From the NCBI RefSeq assembly GCF_000150275.1, contig NW_002060974.1, positions 93,744 to 157,743 on the forward strand: a stretch of DNA of 64,000 nucleotides, in the 5' to 3' direction. Positions within the stretch are counted from its first letter, which is position 1; each line of letters opens with the position of its first letter. Shown here piece by piece: positions 17,983-30,200 of the stretch. Under the pieces are notes generated by a model. It was not told the DNA's origin. It did not search any database and was given only the letters and a program-made list of their open reading frames with translations. Position numbers and translations under genes: made by a program. The stretch comes from Trichoplax adhaerens. Lineage: Eukaryota; Animalia; Placozoa.

Positions 17983-20900
17983 TTTTAAATTTCATTGGAA
18001 AGATTAAACTGTGGATCATTATGTGTGACATTTTTTGCCCAAGGCTAAGATATATCACTATCACAAGTTATTTTTTACGTTAACTTGAGTCATAGAATAA
18101 CACCCACCATTATTCTTGTATTGTAAAATACAATATTAAAATTATTTTAATCTATTGACAAAGCGTAAGCACTCTAATGTGTTTAAGATTACGAAGATAT
18201 AATATTTCGTTTGTTACGGCAACTAATTAGTGGTAATTCTTTGTTTATACGGTATTTTGTAACAAGTATAGTACAAATTTAATAGGGATTAAAATTAATA
18301 GATTGGATATGAATTATAAGTGATTTTTTTATAGAAGTATTCATTTCTATAAAGTGTTTCATTAATGTTTTGGAAAGTACATTTAATTACATTATAGCAT
18401 AGAAAGTACAGTGCAATATTAACGCTTAGACACTATTGGATAAACATCTTAACAATTAATATAAGACAAGTCTGTATGGTACTGTAAAATATCGTAATTG
18501 AATATAATCTAAAACATAAAGGAACTTTGTCTTAGTCATAATAGGATATTACGGATTTTCTTTGTTTAAGAATAAAGCTGTTATTGACTCCTATCGAAAC
18601 AGAATTAAGAAGCTGAAAGCACTACTAATAATTAATTTATAGTTAAAGATGCATATGAAAAGTGGTGTCATTGACAGTATGCGAAATAGATAAGCTACAC
18701 ATTAGTAATAAATAGAGTGATGGTTGGTTGCGGACAGATTGCGAGTTAAGAGGAAATTCTAAGAAGCCCCTGGTAGTGATGCATTCATATTCCTGTGGGT
18801 CATACTGTACTGTACTCTGCACAGTGTAATACTGCATATTGCATATATAGACAGTTAAGTACAAAGACTGCTAATGTGTGAGAGGAGTTTATTAACACAG
18901 AGACTAAGACGAGTAGCAATCAGACAGTTGCAGTATGAGAATTGCAGAGCAGAGAAACGGGAGTAAAGAAGTAGAGGGAAACACACACTCACAGATGGAT
19001 AGAGAGATGAAGAATATTGTTCCTACTGTATTCAGAACATATATACTATAATATCTGAGTATACAGTACTGTAGGTTTCAGTGTATCTAAATAAGTTAGA
19101 TGCACAGTATGAGAATAGCGTGATAACAGTAATAAATATGCCAGATTGATCTCATATGGGGGATCATGATCAACGTAGTAGTAACTCTTTAACAGAATAA
19201 CCATTGCTAATTGTACCGTAGTAGAAGAGACCATGAAGACCAGTTACTGTACTGTACAGTGTACAGTACAATGTTGCACACTATAGTACTGTACAGTACT
19301 GTACTGTAAATAACCATAGTAACGTACCATAATTGATGCAATCCATATGATCATATATAATGGTGCAGTCGACCAATCGTGAGTTGGCTTCCAAACGTTC
19401 CTAGTCGGCGAAGGTAGATTTTCTGTGATCGTAAGTGAGGAGATCGCTGACGCTGGAAAGCATTAAATGTGGCATTATTGTGCCCAATTTTTGGAAAATT
19501 TTCTCTTCAGCACATGAGTGTTGAAGTGACAATAAGTTAATTAAAGAACAACGCTTCTTTAAAAATGTCATCTCTAATGTACTGTACAGTATTATGCCTG
19601 TATATCGCATACAGGACATGGTGATTTATGATTATTTGATTCGGGTATTAGCAGCATTCACATTATAAATTACCGAAATATGTAAAGTAGGTACAGTATC
19701 GCGTAAGTCGAACTCATGATGTCTGATCTCTTAGTGATAAGTACGATCAACGATATTACACCGTCAAAGAGTATTTCAATTCTTTTTAACATTACTGAGC
19801 GTACTCTCTACATTGTACCATTATACTGTACTCGTACACTGTTGTACGCAGTGCAGTACAAGGAATTGTCGAGGATACAGTATGACTCCAGTGTGAGGTA
19901 TTACAAGAGAGAAACAGTATACTTTCTACAAAATTATTTTCTATTTTATTAATCAAATATTGGTAATATCGACTTTATGACGCACTATAAAAGAATAGAG
20001 CGCGGCATCGTGCTTAATCTTTAATGGTACAAATATAATTATCAACATAAATACCGTCAAAGTTACTGCATTAGGTTAAACGAAATAATATGCTCAACAT
20101 ACAAAATCATAGCAAAGATTTTAATGCATTACATATCTTATCAAATTCACAGCTGAAAAAAGTACTGTTACTGTGATGATTACGGTTATTATATATAATA
20201 ATTATCAGCAACCTAATTGACTAATTACAAGGTGTTTTCCGGGGGTTAAGAGTACCGCAGTAAATGATTACGATTATATTAACAAAAATAATACAAAAGT
20301 ATAGCTTGAACAGGATAATTCAATGTAAGAAATTCTTATACTGTTGAAGTCATGGCGGCACATGCCATAGGAAAGTGCAATATATATCACATCTAAATGA
20401 AAAATATTTTATAAAGCATAATACATATATCGTTATACACTACAGCCTATGACAATTAATTTCTAAATTACAATGTTACCCCAAATTATACTCGTAAGTC
20501 ATTATTGCACCTTAATTTCTTGTCTTTTTTTACCACATAAGCAAATGACAAAGCCTTTTATAATATCGGTGTTGTTGCAATATATTAAGAGTGAAATTCA
20601 GGATTAAAGCTGAAAATAAAATAAGTCAATAATACTACAAATACTTTAGCAAGGTTTTAAGGTAATTACAACATAGAAGAAAATGATTACATCAAAATTT
20701 TTACAAATCCATATTACATTCTAGAAAGTTAATGTTAATTTTATCATAGTTGCCGTATAGTTAACTCATGTATAGTGTAGTTATAATCGTAAATATCAAT
20801 AATTTCTTAAATATTGATATACTTTCGTGCTACATTATTTATTAACAAATGCATGAATGAGAAATACAGAATCATTAATTATTAGTTCTTTTCATCGCTG

Positions 20901-21273
20901 GAAGTACCGAATATTAACAGTAAATAATTATACACAGTTAATATTTTTATTCTAATAAGATACTCTTATGTTAATATAAGCTATAAAATATAGTAACTTA
21001 TATATATCTGGTAGAAGATCGTCAAAAAATCAATCAACCATATTTATAAAAAAATTTGCTGTAATAGAAATGACGATGAAATTATTTCTCAGTGAAATTG
21101 TATACATTATATTATCTAATATAGTAAAAATCGAATTGAAATATATTGCTAAATAAAGGCATCCAGAGACTACGGATTTGATCGTATTGTTAAAATACTC
21201 ATATAATGTAAAATAATGATCACAACTTTCTTTAATATCAGCAACTATATTCTTTATAAACAAATGAAATCAA

Positions 21274-24200
21274 CTAGCGTTTTACACTTCTCTTTACTTG
21301 AATACTAACGCGCTTAGTATCATCGGGCCTTGCAAGTGGGGCCTGATTAGAATAATTTCTTGGACTTCTCGAAGGCGTTCCCTCATTGTAATTCCCTCTG
21401 GGTGAATTAACACTTGTTGTATCCTTCGATGGGTGTTTAGATCCTCTTCGCGATGCCTCACTGGTGGCAGTCGACTAATTTAAAAAGTATACAAGAATAA
21501 TAAGCAACCCATAAAATATAACTTTTATGTAATACGGTAAAAAAACGACAACTGTAATACGTTGCTATATTCTCATGTTATAATTACAAGTTTACATGTA
21601 TTGATGGTAAGTACGGAATTATTACTTACATGTGGCGATCGGTCATATCCAGTCGATTTATTTATGCTATAGTTAACGTTACGTGGCGAATTAAGCGCTT
21701 GCTGAGATGGTGGGTAATAGTTATTAGAAGAATAATCACCAGGGGGGTGCTTCTCGAACGAAAAATTTCGAGGTAGAGTCGAAGACTCGTAAGTATCATC
21801 AGAACGATTGTTTGTATTTGGTTTCATGGGTCCATAAGATGCAATTGGTGCCGCTTTAAAATTTCTTGGCAAAGTTGCTGATTCATACGAACTTCCTACA
21901 TTATAATTAGGTTGGTGGATAGATTGAGAACTAACCGAAGGTACCTTCGCTTGACTTCCAATTTGCCTATTTGGATGATTGTTTGGAGTCGGGGTATTAC
22001 TTGCGGCTTGCATTCCTTCTACACTTGGTCTTCGTACCGTATTGTCTCGCATAACTGGCTTTAGCCTACCCTTTTGTGACGGACCATAACTAGGAGATGA
22101 CGCGTTCGAAGACGGATGAGCGACGAGAGAACCATTATGAATAACTGCAGGTTGTGGTCTGTGAATAATCCTGCTACGTCTAGGGCTCTTTTCTCTATAC
22201 TGGCTTTGCTGAAAATGGATGGAAAATTGTTAGCGGAACGTTATTATATATTAAAATTAAAAAATGAAATAATCAATACTATTCATGTGATAGAAAATAG
22301 AATCATTTCATTACAACACAAAATAAATTCAATCAATACATTGCTTACTGAAGTATCACTTTCTAATAAATATTTTTCTAATTTCAATTCTTCTTCTTTA
22401 GGCATACTATTTATATCAGATGCAGAATCAGATCGATTGTAATCTCGGTAATTAAATGGTTTTAATGTAGTTTCATCATTGATATCTTTATTAGGATAAG
22501 TACTGTCAGATAAATCATTTGATTCCGTTACGCCAGGCGTCTGATTGACTGGTAGTACTCCCAGTTGTAAGTTATCAAATGTGGGTACGCGCTGTAAACC
22601 TGCGCTGTTATTCGGCGATTTGCTTTGAGGGTTGGATAAGTTAATTTCTTGACTAGGAGAGCTATTAAGAGAACCGCTACTTTCTGCTGTAGCGATTTCA
22701 AGTTGCAATCGTGTCGGTGAGAGACGTCGCGATTTCTCTCTATTTGGGCTAACCGGTCTTTCTCCAATACGATAATCACCGTTTCTAACCATCAGGTTAC
22801 TCTGATTTGGGTAACGTCGATCGCTATCATAATCTCTATCACTAACCACTCGCTCTTGATAAGGTTGAGGTCTAGTCCGTGGAGTAACTGATCTGCCGTG
22901 GGGTGTATTTTGTGTCGATGGGCGATGTGCATCCGATGATTTCTGCCGATAAGGTGACATTTCAGATTTCTTTTCATTTCGGTATGGCTTAAATGCACTT
23001 GAGGGAGATTTCGAGCGTTTAACAGGTGTTACCTGATCTTCATTTTGGTAACGATTAATCGATCGTGATCTTCTTCTTGGTGTTGGACTATTATTGCGAC
23101 TACCGCTCTTTGGCGTGCTTGGTGGTGTATTAGGCAACGATCTTGAACCGTTACGCCCATGACGATGTGGTCTTGGCGAAGATTCATCAGTACCTCCATC
23201 AGATTCTACATCAGTGGCAAATTCAGAAGCCTTATACTCACGTCTAGGCCTTCTAGGTCCATCTGTCATCTGACTTCCATCACTATCGTTGTTTTTACGT
23301 CCTTTTACAATGCTTTTCAATAATGTCCTAATTTTTCGATCCCATTTTTTACTAAATTGATAAAGAACAAGTAAATTAAGATTATAAGTCAGGCAAAGCC
23401 GAATGAAATACGTCAATTTTAAAATATCCTTCATATTTTTTTACTTTTTATCCAACTGAAATTGTTGTAATTTTTGCTCCAAATCTTCTTTATGACGATT
23501 GAGTTTGTCGATTGCTTCTCTATTAATGAATATATTCAGATGATTATGTTAAGATAATTTTTAGCAAGTACAACAACTATGCAAACTAAAATGTTATTGA
23601 AGTATACTGGCATGTAATTACATAAATTAAAATTATAGAACAACCCAATCGTTGGTGGTGAATAGGAAACTACAAGTACTGTATATTTTATACGGCATCA
23701 GAAGGCGTATTCCTTGGTATTTTGTAAACTTTCTACTCAACTTATTAAGAAGTTATTGTTATCTTGGCTATCAAGTTCAGATACTGACCACTACAAATAC
23801 CGTACTGCCTTCACTATAAAAGGCCGCATGTATTGCTACTGTAACTTCTATCAGTACAGCATTGAGACGATATACGCATTTGTCATGTCATAGTGCCTGC
23901 CACAGCATAAAAAACTGCTTAGATTATGATATTTATGGCAATGATGACGTTACAGTTATAATATTATCGGCTAAACTACAATTTAAGGGAAAGAACTTAC
24001 TTGTAGGTATGATGTTCTTCCATGTAAAGTTCTTTTCTATCTAAAGTTCTTTGCATTAATTTATGATTTCTCTCCATTAAAACTTTTTCATGTTGCTTTA
24101 GGTGTTTAATCTCTTCATAAGCGGTTAAACGTAGCTGTTCCAACATCTAAATGACAAATTTTAAACTTCAATAAAGATAATTAAAATATATTTATATAGT

Positions 24201-27200
24201 TACCTTTATAAAGACTGAATCTAAACTAATAATGAATGCTGTATTTCAGCTGACCTCGCATCGCTGTGCAACCTTGGCTGCTGTAATGTCTAAATTGTCG
24301 AAATCCTTTTTAAGTTTACCATAACTAGAATTTAAAGCATTATATTCATCTTCCAATTGCCTTATGGTATGAGCGTCAACTTTCGATTGCTCGTTAATAT
24401 AGTTGGTTTGCATTTGCTTTTTGGCAAATTCCAAGTTCAATTTAGCGCGGTCATACCGCTCTTCTAATTCGTGGCTGCTTTCTTTTAATCTTTCGTTGTG
24501 ACGCTTTAGATCATTATAACTAACTTGTAAGCTTTCATAATTTGCCTTGAGTTGTTTATAATTTTCGTTCAGTTGACGGTAGATGTCCTTTAAATGATTA
24601 TTTTCAGCGTATAACTCGCGATAATCAGTTTGCACATTCTCCTTTTCTTGCTTTATTCGAATAACGTCATCAGCAAGCTGCCTTTCTTTCAGCTGAATTG
24701 AATCATAAGAGTGTTGTAACTGCTGTTTCTCATTCTTAACGATCTCAAATTGCTGACGTAATTCATCAAAACTGGCTTTTAAGCGATCGTTTTGTTCATG
24801 TAACGTTTGGTGCTTTCCATTTAATACGTTGTGCTCGCTTTCCAATTTTTGAATCTATTAGGTAATTAGAGATGAATACTATTAAGGAATAGTATGTAAT
24901 TCGTGCTACCATATAATATTTTACTAATAAAATCTATTATAAAAATTAGAATTCTTTAAATGATATTTTGTTACCATAAATTTTAATGCAGCTATTCTTG
25001 CTTTAAATTCAACGTCTGCAATTTCTTCTGACATTTGTGAGCTACAGGCGCGTATAAACAACAGAATTTTTAAATTCATATTGCAGTGTTATGATGACAG
25101 TTGGAATAGAGATAAACTAGAAATAGTAAACTGCGAAGATTTGTAAAAATCTACAGTATATGTAAAATTCATCGATGGCATTTATTTTAAAGTTGGTCGA
25201 AGCAATATTTAGCTAGAAATCCGTAAATATACCATCACATGTTACACTACCTATTTAAAACAGATCCTGTTATAGCCATATTATCATGTACAGGTGTTAT
25301 TTCATTGGCGTCAATATCATCCTTCCATGAGTTTTTTTCCTAAGAATACGTGATTTGAAACGAATGAGACACAATGTACTGTATTACAGATTCCGAACAG
25401 ACAATTGTCAGTTAGTTTTTATAATGAAAGCTACAATATTATCAGTTAATTAAGTGACTACGAAGGGTGTGCATAGCCCAATATAAGAGGATAGTTAAAA
25501 ATTATAGTCGTAGATAGTCTTACTTCGGCTAACATCACATTTCTATCTTGTGCTCGTTCAAGGCTGAAAGATTTTGAGCATGAAAAAGTACGAAATTACA
25601 ATTTAAGGAAAAATATCTTATACTTATTATTTAAATTAAAAAAATACATTATTCTTCAACTCACGCAATTTCTAGCTGTGATAATAATTTACTTCTAATT
25701 TCTTTACTGCAGTTCAAAGAAATATCTAACTTCTCATCGATAGTTCGCGATTTTCTACATACGAAAAATTGAACAAAACATTATCAGTAATCTATTCATA
25801 AATATAACATATAATCAATCATCTCAAGCAGAATTAGTCTTACAGCTGATCAAAATTTGATTCTTGCTCCATTTCTTTTCTTATAAATTCTATGTCTTTT
25901 ATTTCTTTCGATAGCTTATCCATTTCTTTAATTAGCGTATGTAAACCCTTTCGATCGTTTATTAATTCCTAAGAAGGTAATTCAATAAACAGCAATTAGT
26001 TATTACGACAGCACTTACATAACCTTGAACAAATGTTGCATAAAATAGCGTTTGCAATTTATTAGGTTACCCGTCTAGCAGTAGACAACGTTGTCTTGTT
26101 AGTTATAATTTCGTCTCCGAAAGCGTTATCAAATTCTCCTTCAACCGTAGCTGTTTGCACCTGATCAATTGCTGGCTCGATATCATTAACAGCCATAACC
26201 ATAGCAGAAACTGCGGGATTAATTTGCTCATTAACTTGAACAGCTTGCATTTGTTGCTGTTTCGTTACATTATCAATTTCCTCGGATAACTGATCATTTT
26301 TATTTTGTAATATTTCAATTTCGTCCAGCAGATTCCGTTGCTTATTTACTAGATCATTGTTTTCATCCTTAATTGCTTGTAGCATCGTCAATTGTGCTTG
26401 CTGTTCTTTAATGATTTTATTTAAATCACCAACCTGGTTTTGTAACGCTAACAATTGCTGGCTGAATTCAGCGTTTTTCTTTTCTAAGTTAATATTATCT
26501 TTACTGGTTTTACTTAAATCATCAAGCTGATTTTGCAATTCTAACAACTGTTGATGTAATTCAGTATTTTTCTTTTCTAAGTCAATATTTTTTTCATCGG
26601 TTTTATTTAAATCATCAAGCTGATTTTGTATTTCTAACAACTGTCGACGTAATTCAGCATTTTTCTTCCCTAAGTCAATGTTTTCTCCATTGGCTTTATT
26701 TAAATCATCAAGCTGATTTTGTAATTCTAACAACTGCCGATGTAATTCAGCATTTTTCTTTTCTAAATCAGTATGATCTTCATTCGTTTTGTTTAAGTCA
26801 GTAACCTGATTTTGTAATTCTAATAACTGTCGACGTAGTTCAGCATTTTTCTTTTCTAAGTCAATATTCTTTTGACTTAATTCATCCACGCGCTGCATGA
26901 CCTTATCGTTATTCGATTGATTATCATTAGATTGACTGACTAATCTTGAGTTTTTAACATCCAATTCGATATTTGCCAATTTCAATTCTTCCAATGATAA
27001 CTGCAACGATGAGTTGTCCATTTTTAAATTATGATTAGACTTTTCGAGTTGCTGTAATGTTTTGCCCATTGAATTACATTCTTCAGTTAGTTTTTCGACC
27101 CTAAACTCAGCTTCTTTCAAATTGGTTGATGTTGATTTAATTTTTTTAGACAATTGATCGCTTTCATGGATTGCATCCTGCAATGCTGATTCTTTATTAA

Positions 27201-30200
27201 CCAAGTCTTGCTGTAAGAAAGTTTGATTTGTTTCCACGTCCTTAATTTTTCTTTCTAGTTCTTGCACATGACTATGATAATCGACTTCTTTACTACGCTG
27301 CTGGTCTAATTGATGCTCAATGTTTCCTTGACTTGCTTTCAATAAGCCGATTTCACGTTTCAATTCATCATTTTTTAATTGCAAATCAGTTACTTGAGCA
27401 GCTGCTTCATGATGTTTATCTTTCAGTGTTTGATTGTAACGGTCTACTTCGTTATGTGCTAACTGACTTTTATTAACAGTTTCATTTAACGTTATAATTT
27501 CACTTTCCAGCGTATTAATTTTAGCTACTAATTTATTATTCTTTTCCTCTAACTCGTGCAGCTCTTGCTGCCGGCGATTAATATCATTCTCAAAGTCTTG
27601 ATTAGTACGTTTGAGATGCTGATTTTCTTTCAATATTTGATGATTAGTCAATTGCAAGTTAGATAATTCATCAGCTAATTGGCTATGTTTTTGTCGTAAT
27701 GTATCAATATGTTGACTAGTTTCAAAGTGACTATGAATTTTACTTTGTAATTCATCCTCTAGCATTTCTTTCTTCATCGCTAAGTCTTGAGTACTGCGTT
27801 CCAATTCTTGCGTGCGAATTTCTAAATTAGCCATTTCAGCTTCTAACATTGTCTTTTTACCTTCTAGCTCCTTGATATTAGCTTTAAGGCTTGCAATATG
27901 ATCATGAGAATGATTTAATTTGGTTTTTGCATCATCTAATTCATTGCTGACATGTTGAAATTTTTTCTTCCAGTTATCACTTGCGGTTGTTAATTCAATA
28001 ATCGTGAAATCTTTTTTATTAATATCTTCATTACATTGATAGTATTGTGCTTGCAGGTCAATCAATTGATTTTTTAATCCCTTATTTTCATCCTGTAATT
28101 CATCATGATTTTCTTTTAAATTTTTCATGTTAAGTTCCAGCTCTTGTAATCCATTTTTACAACGTGAATAATCAATCACCTGCTGCTGTATACGGGACTG
28201 ACTGTCAGCTAATTCAGTTGTTAATTGATTATTCTTTAGTTTTAGTTTTGATAATTGATCATTTAAATCTTGTATAGTAATAGCTTGATGATCAATATCA
28301 TCGCTGTAGGCAGCATTTTTCGCTTCCAATTCTTTCATACTCTTATTCAATTCATGGTAATTATTTTCATTTGATTCCACATCAGATATTAGATTAGCAT
28401 TGTTCCTTTCCAATTCTTGTATCGTTTTCTTGCTGACTGCAGCCTCACGGGTTAAGCCATTATATCTCCCCTCTAATTCAGCTAATTGATTACAAACATC
28501 GTTATAACGCTTACGTAAGCTTTCTATTTGCGTTGAATCACTTAATGCCCCTTGTTGATTATTATTGCATTCATCACGCAATAACTTTAACTCAGCTTCT
28601 TGTTCAACGGCTGCTTTGCGTAATTCGTTATTCAATGACTCCAGTGCTTCATTTTCTTCGTCAAGGTTACCTTTTTTCTTCTCTAGTTCATCCAAGGAAT
28701 GCTTTAAATGCTTTGATTGTCTTAATACATCTTGATATTGTGCCTGAGTATTCATTAATTCTCGTTGGATTTCTTGATTTTTTGTTTTATAATTATCAAG
28801 TTGCTGCTGTTGATCTTCAACTATTGCTTCCTTAACACTTAAATCATCTTGAGCTGCAGCATTTTGACGTTGCCATTCTTTACTTTCCTTTTTAACAGTT
28901 TCTAACTGAGCAAGTAAATCAGTTAGATCTGCTTGCTGTCGGGTTTTTAAGCGATCCAATTCCTGATGTGTTTTGCGTAGATTCATCATGTCATGCGTCA
29001 ATTCTTGATTTTTACGCTGGAGTTCCTTGTAATCACCATAAATGTTATCATGTCTTTTTTTCCAGTAATCGGCTTGACGTTCACTATCCTGATCACTGGA
29101 TTGGCGTTGATTTAATTCATTCATCATTTCGACATGACGATTCTCTAGTTCAGTTTTAGCCGATTTTAAACTATCAATTAGTGTTTGTAAATCAGCTACT
29201 TCGGATTGAGAATTTGACGAACGCTTTTCCTCATCTTGCAATGCACGCTTTAATTGTGTTATTTCACGCTGCATATCTTGATTTTTACTTAATAATTCCG
29301 AGATATCTTGTGATGTACAAATCACCTTATCCTTTAATAATTGGATTTGTTTATGCAATTCGGTATTAGCCAGTTGTTTAGAGGCGATATCATCCGTTAA
29401 TAAGGCTATTTTCATATCTAATTCATTATTTTTCCTTTTTAATTCTTCTTGCGTTGCCTCGAGATCAGCATTATCCGATTTTACGTTATTAAATTGGATA
29501 CCCATATGATTATGTTCGCGCTTCAATTGTATATAATCTTGATTAACGGTTTCAATTTTGGCATGTAATTCACTTATTTTTTCTGTTGATTTATTTAATT
29601 TGTTTTGCAAGGTGTGTATCTGCTTGGTACTCTCTTGGATTGTAATATCTTTGTGGGTCAGTTCTTCCGATAGTGATGTTGCTTTACTTTCTAGTGATTT
29701 GACCGTTTTCTTGTATTCTTCCGCTGCATCTTCTAAGTTGGCTACTTCTGATCTTAGGCTATCATTTACTCGAACATAGTCTTCATGTTCTTGACGTGTA
29801 TGGGATAACTGATTCTCTAGTTCTTGAATACTGGTTTTCAATTCTTTCATTTCATTAATAGCAGCTAAATACTTCTTTTTGCTGCTATCGTTTTCACGTA
29901 GAGCCTCTTGTCTAGTAACTTCTTTCTTCGTTAATTCATCCAATAAGACAGAATTTTCAATACCTTGTCCTTTATTTGCCCTTTGTAATGTTGCTAGTTC
30001 TTGTTCTAATACATTTAATCGCTCGCTTGCTGTATTTTTACTATTTAATAATTCTTCATGATTGTCATTCAGTTGCTTGTATTCATTATTTAACTCCTGC
30101 TTCTTATATTTTAGTTCTAACGCTTCGTCACTTAACGTTGAGTACTTTTTCTTCCAATTATTTAGCTCATCACGAATTTGTTGATTATCGTCGTCACGGC

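Noticed and set aside
22283-23434. 383-aa ORF as a standalone SR-rich gene
   Set aside because: Its start and end are intronic read-through; 23352-22349 splices in phase with neighbouring CCDC88 exons.
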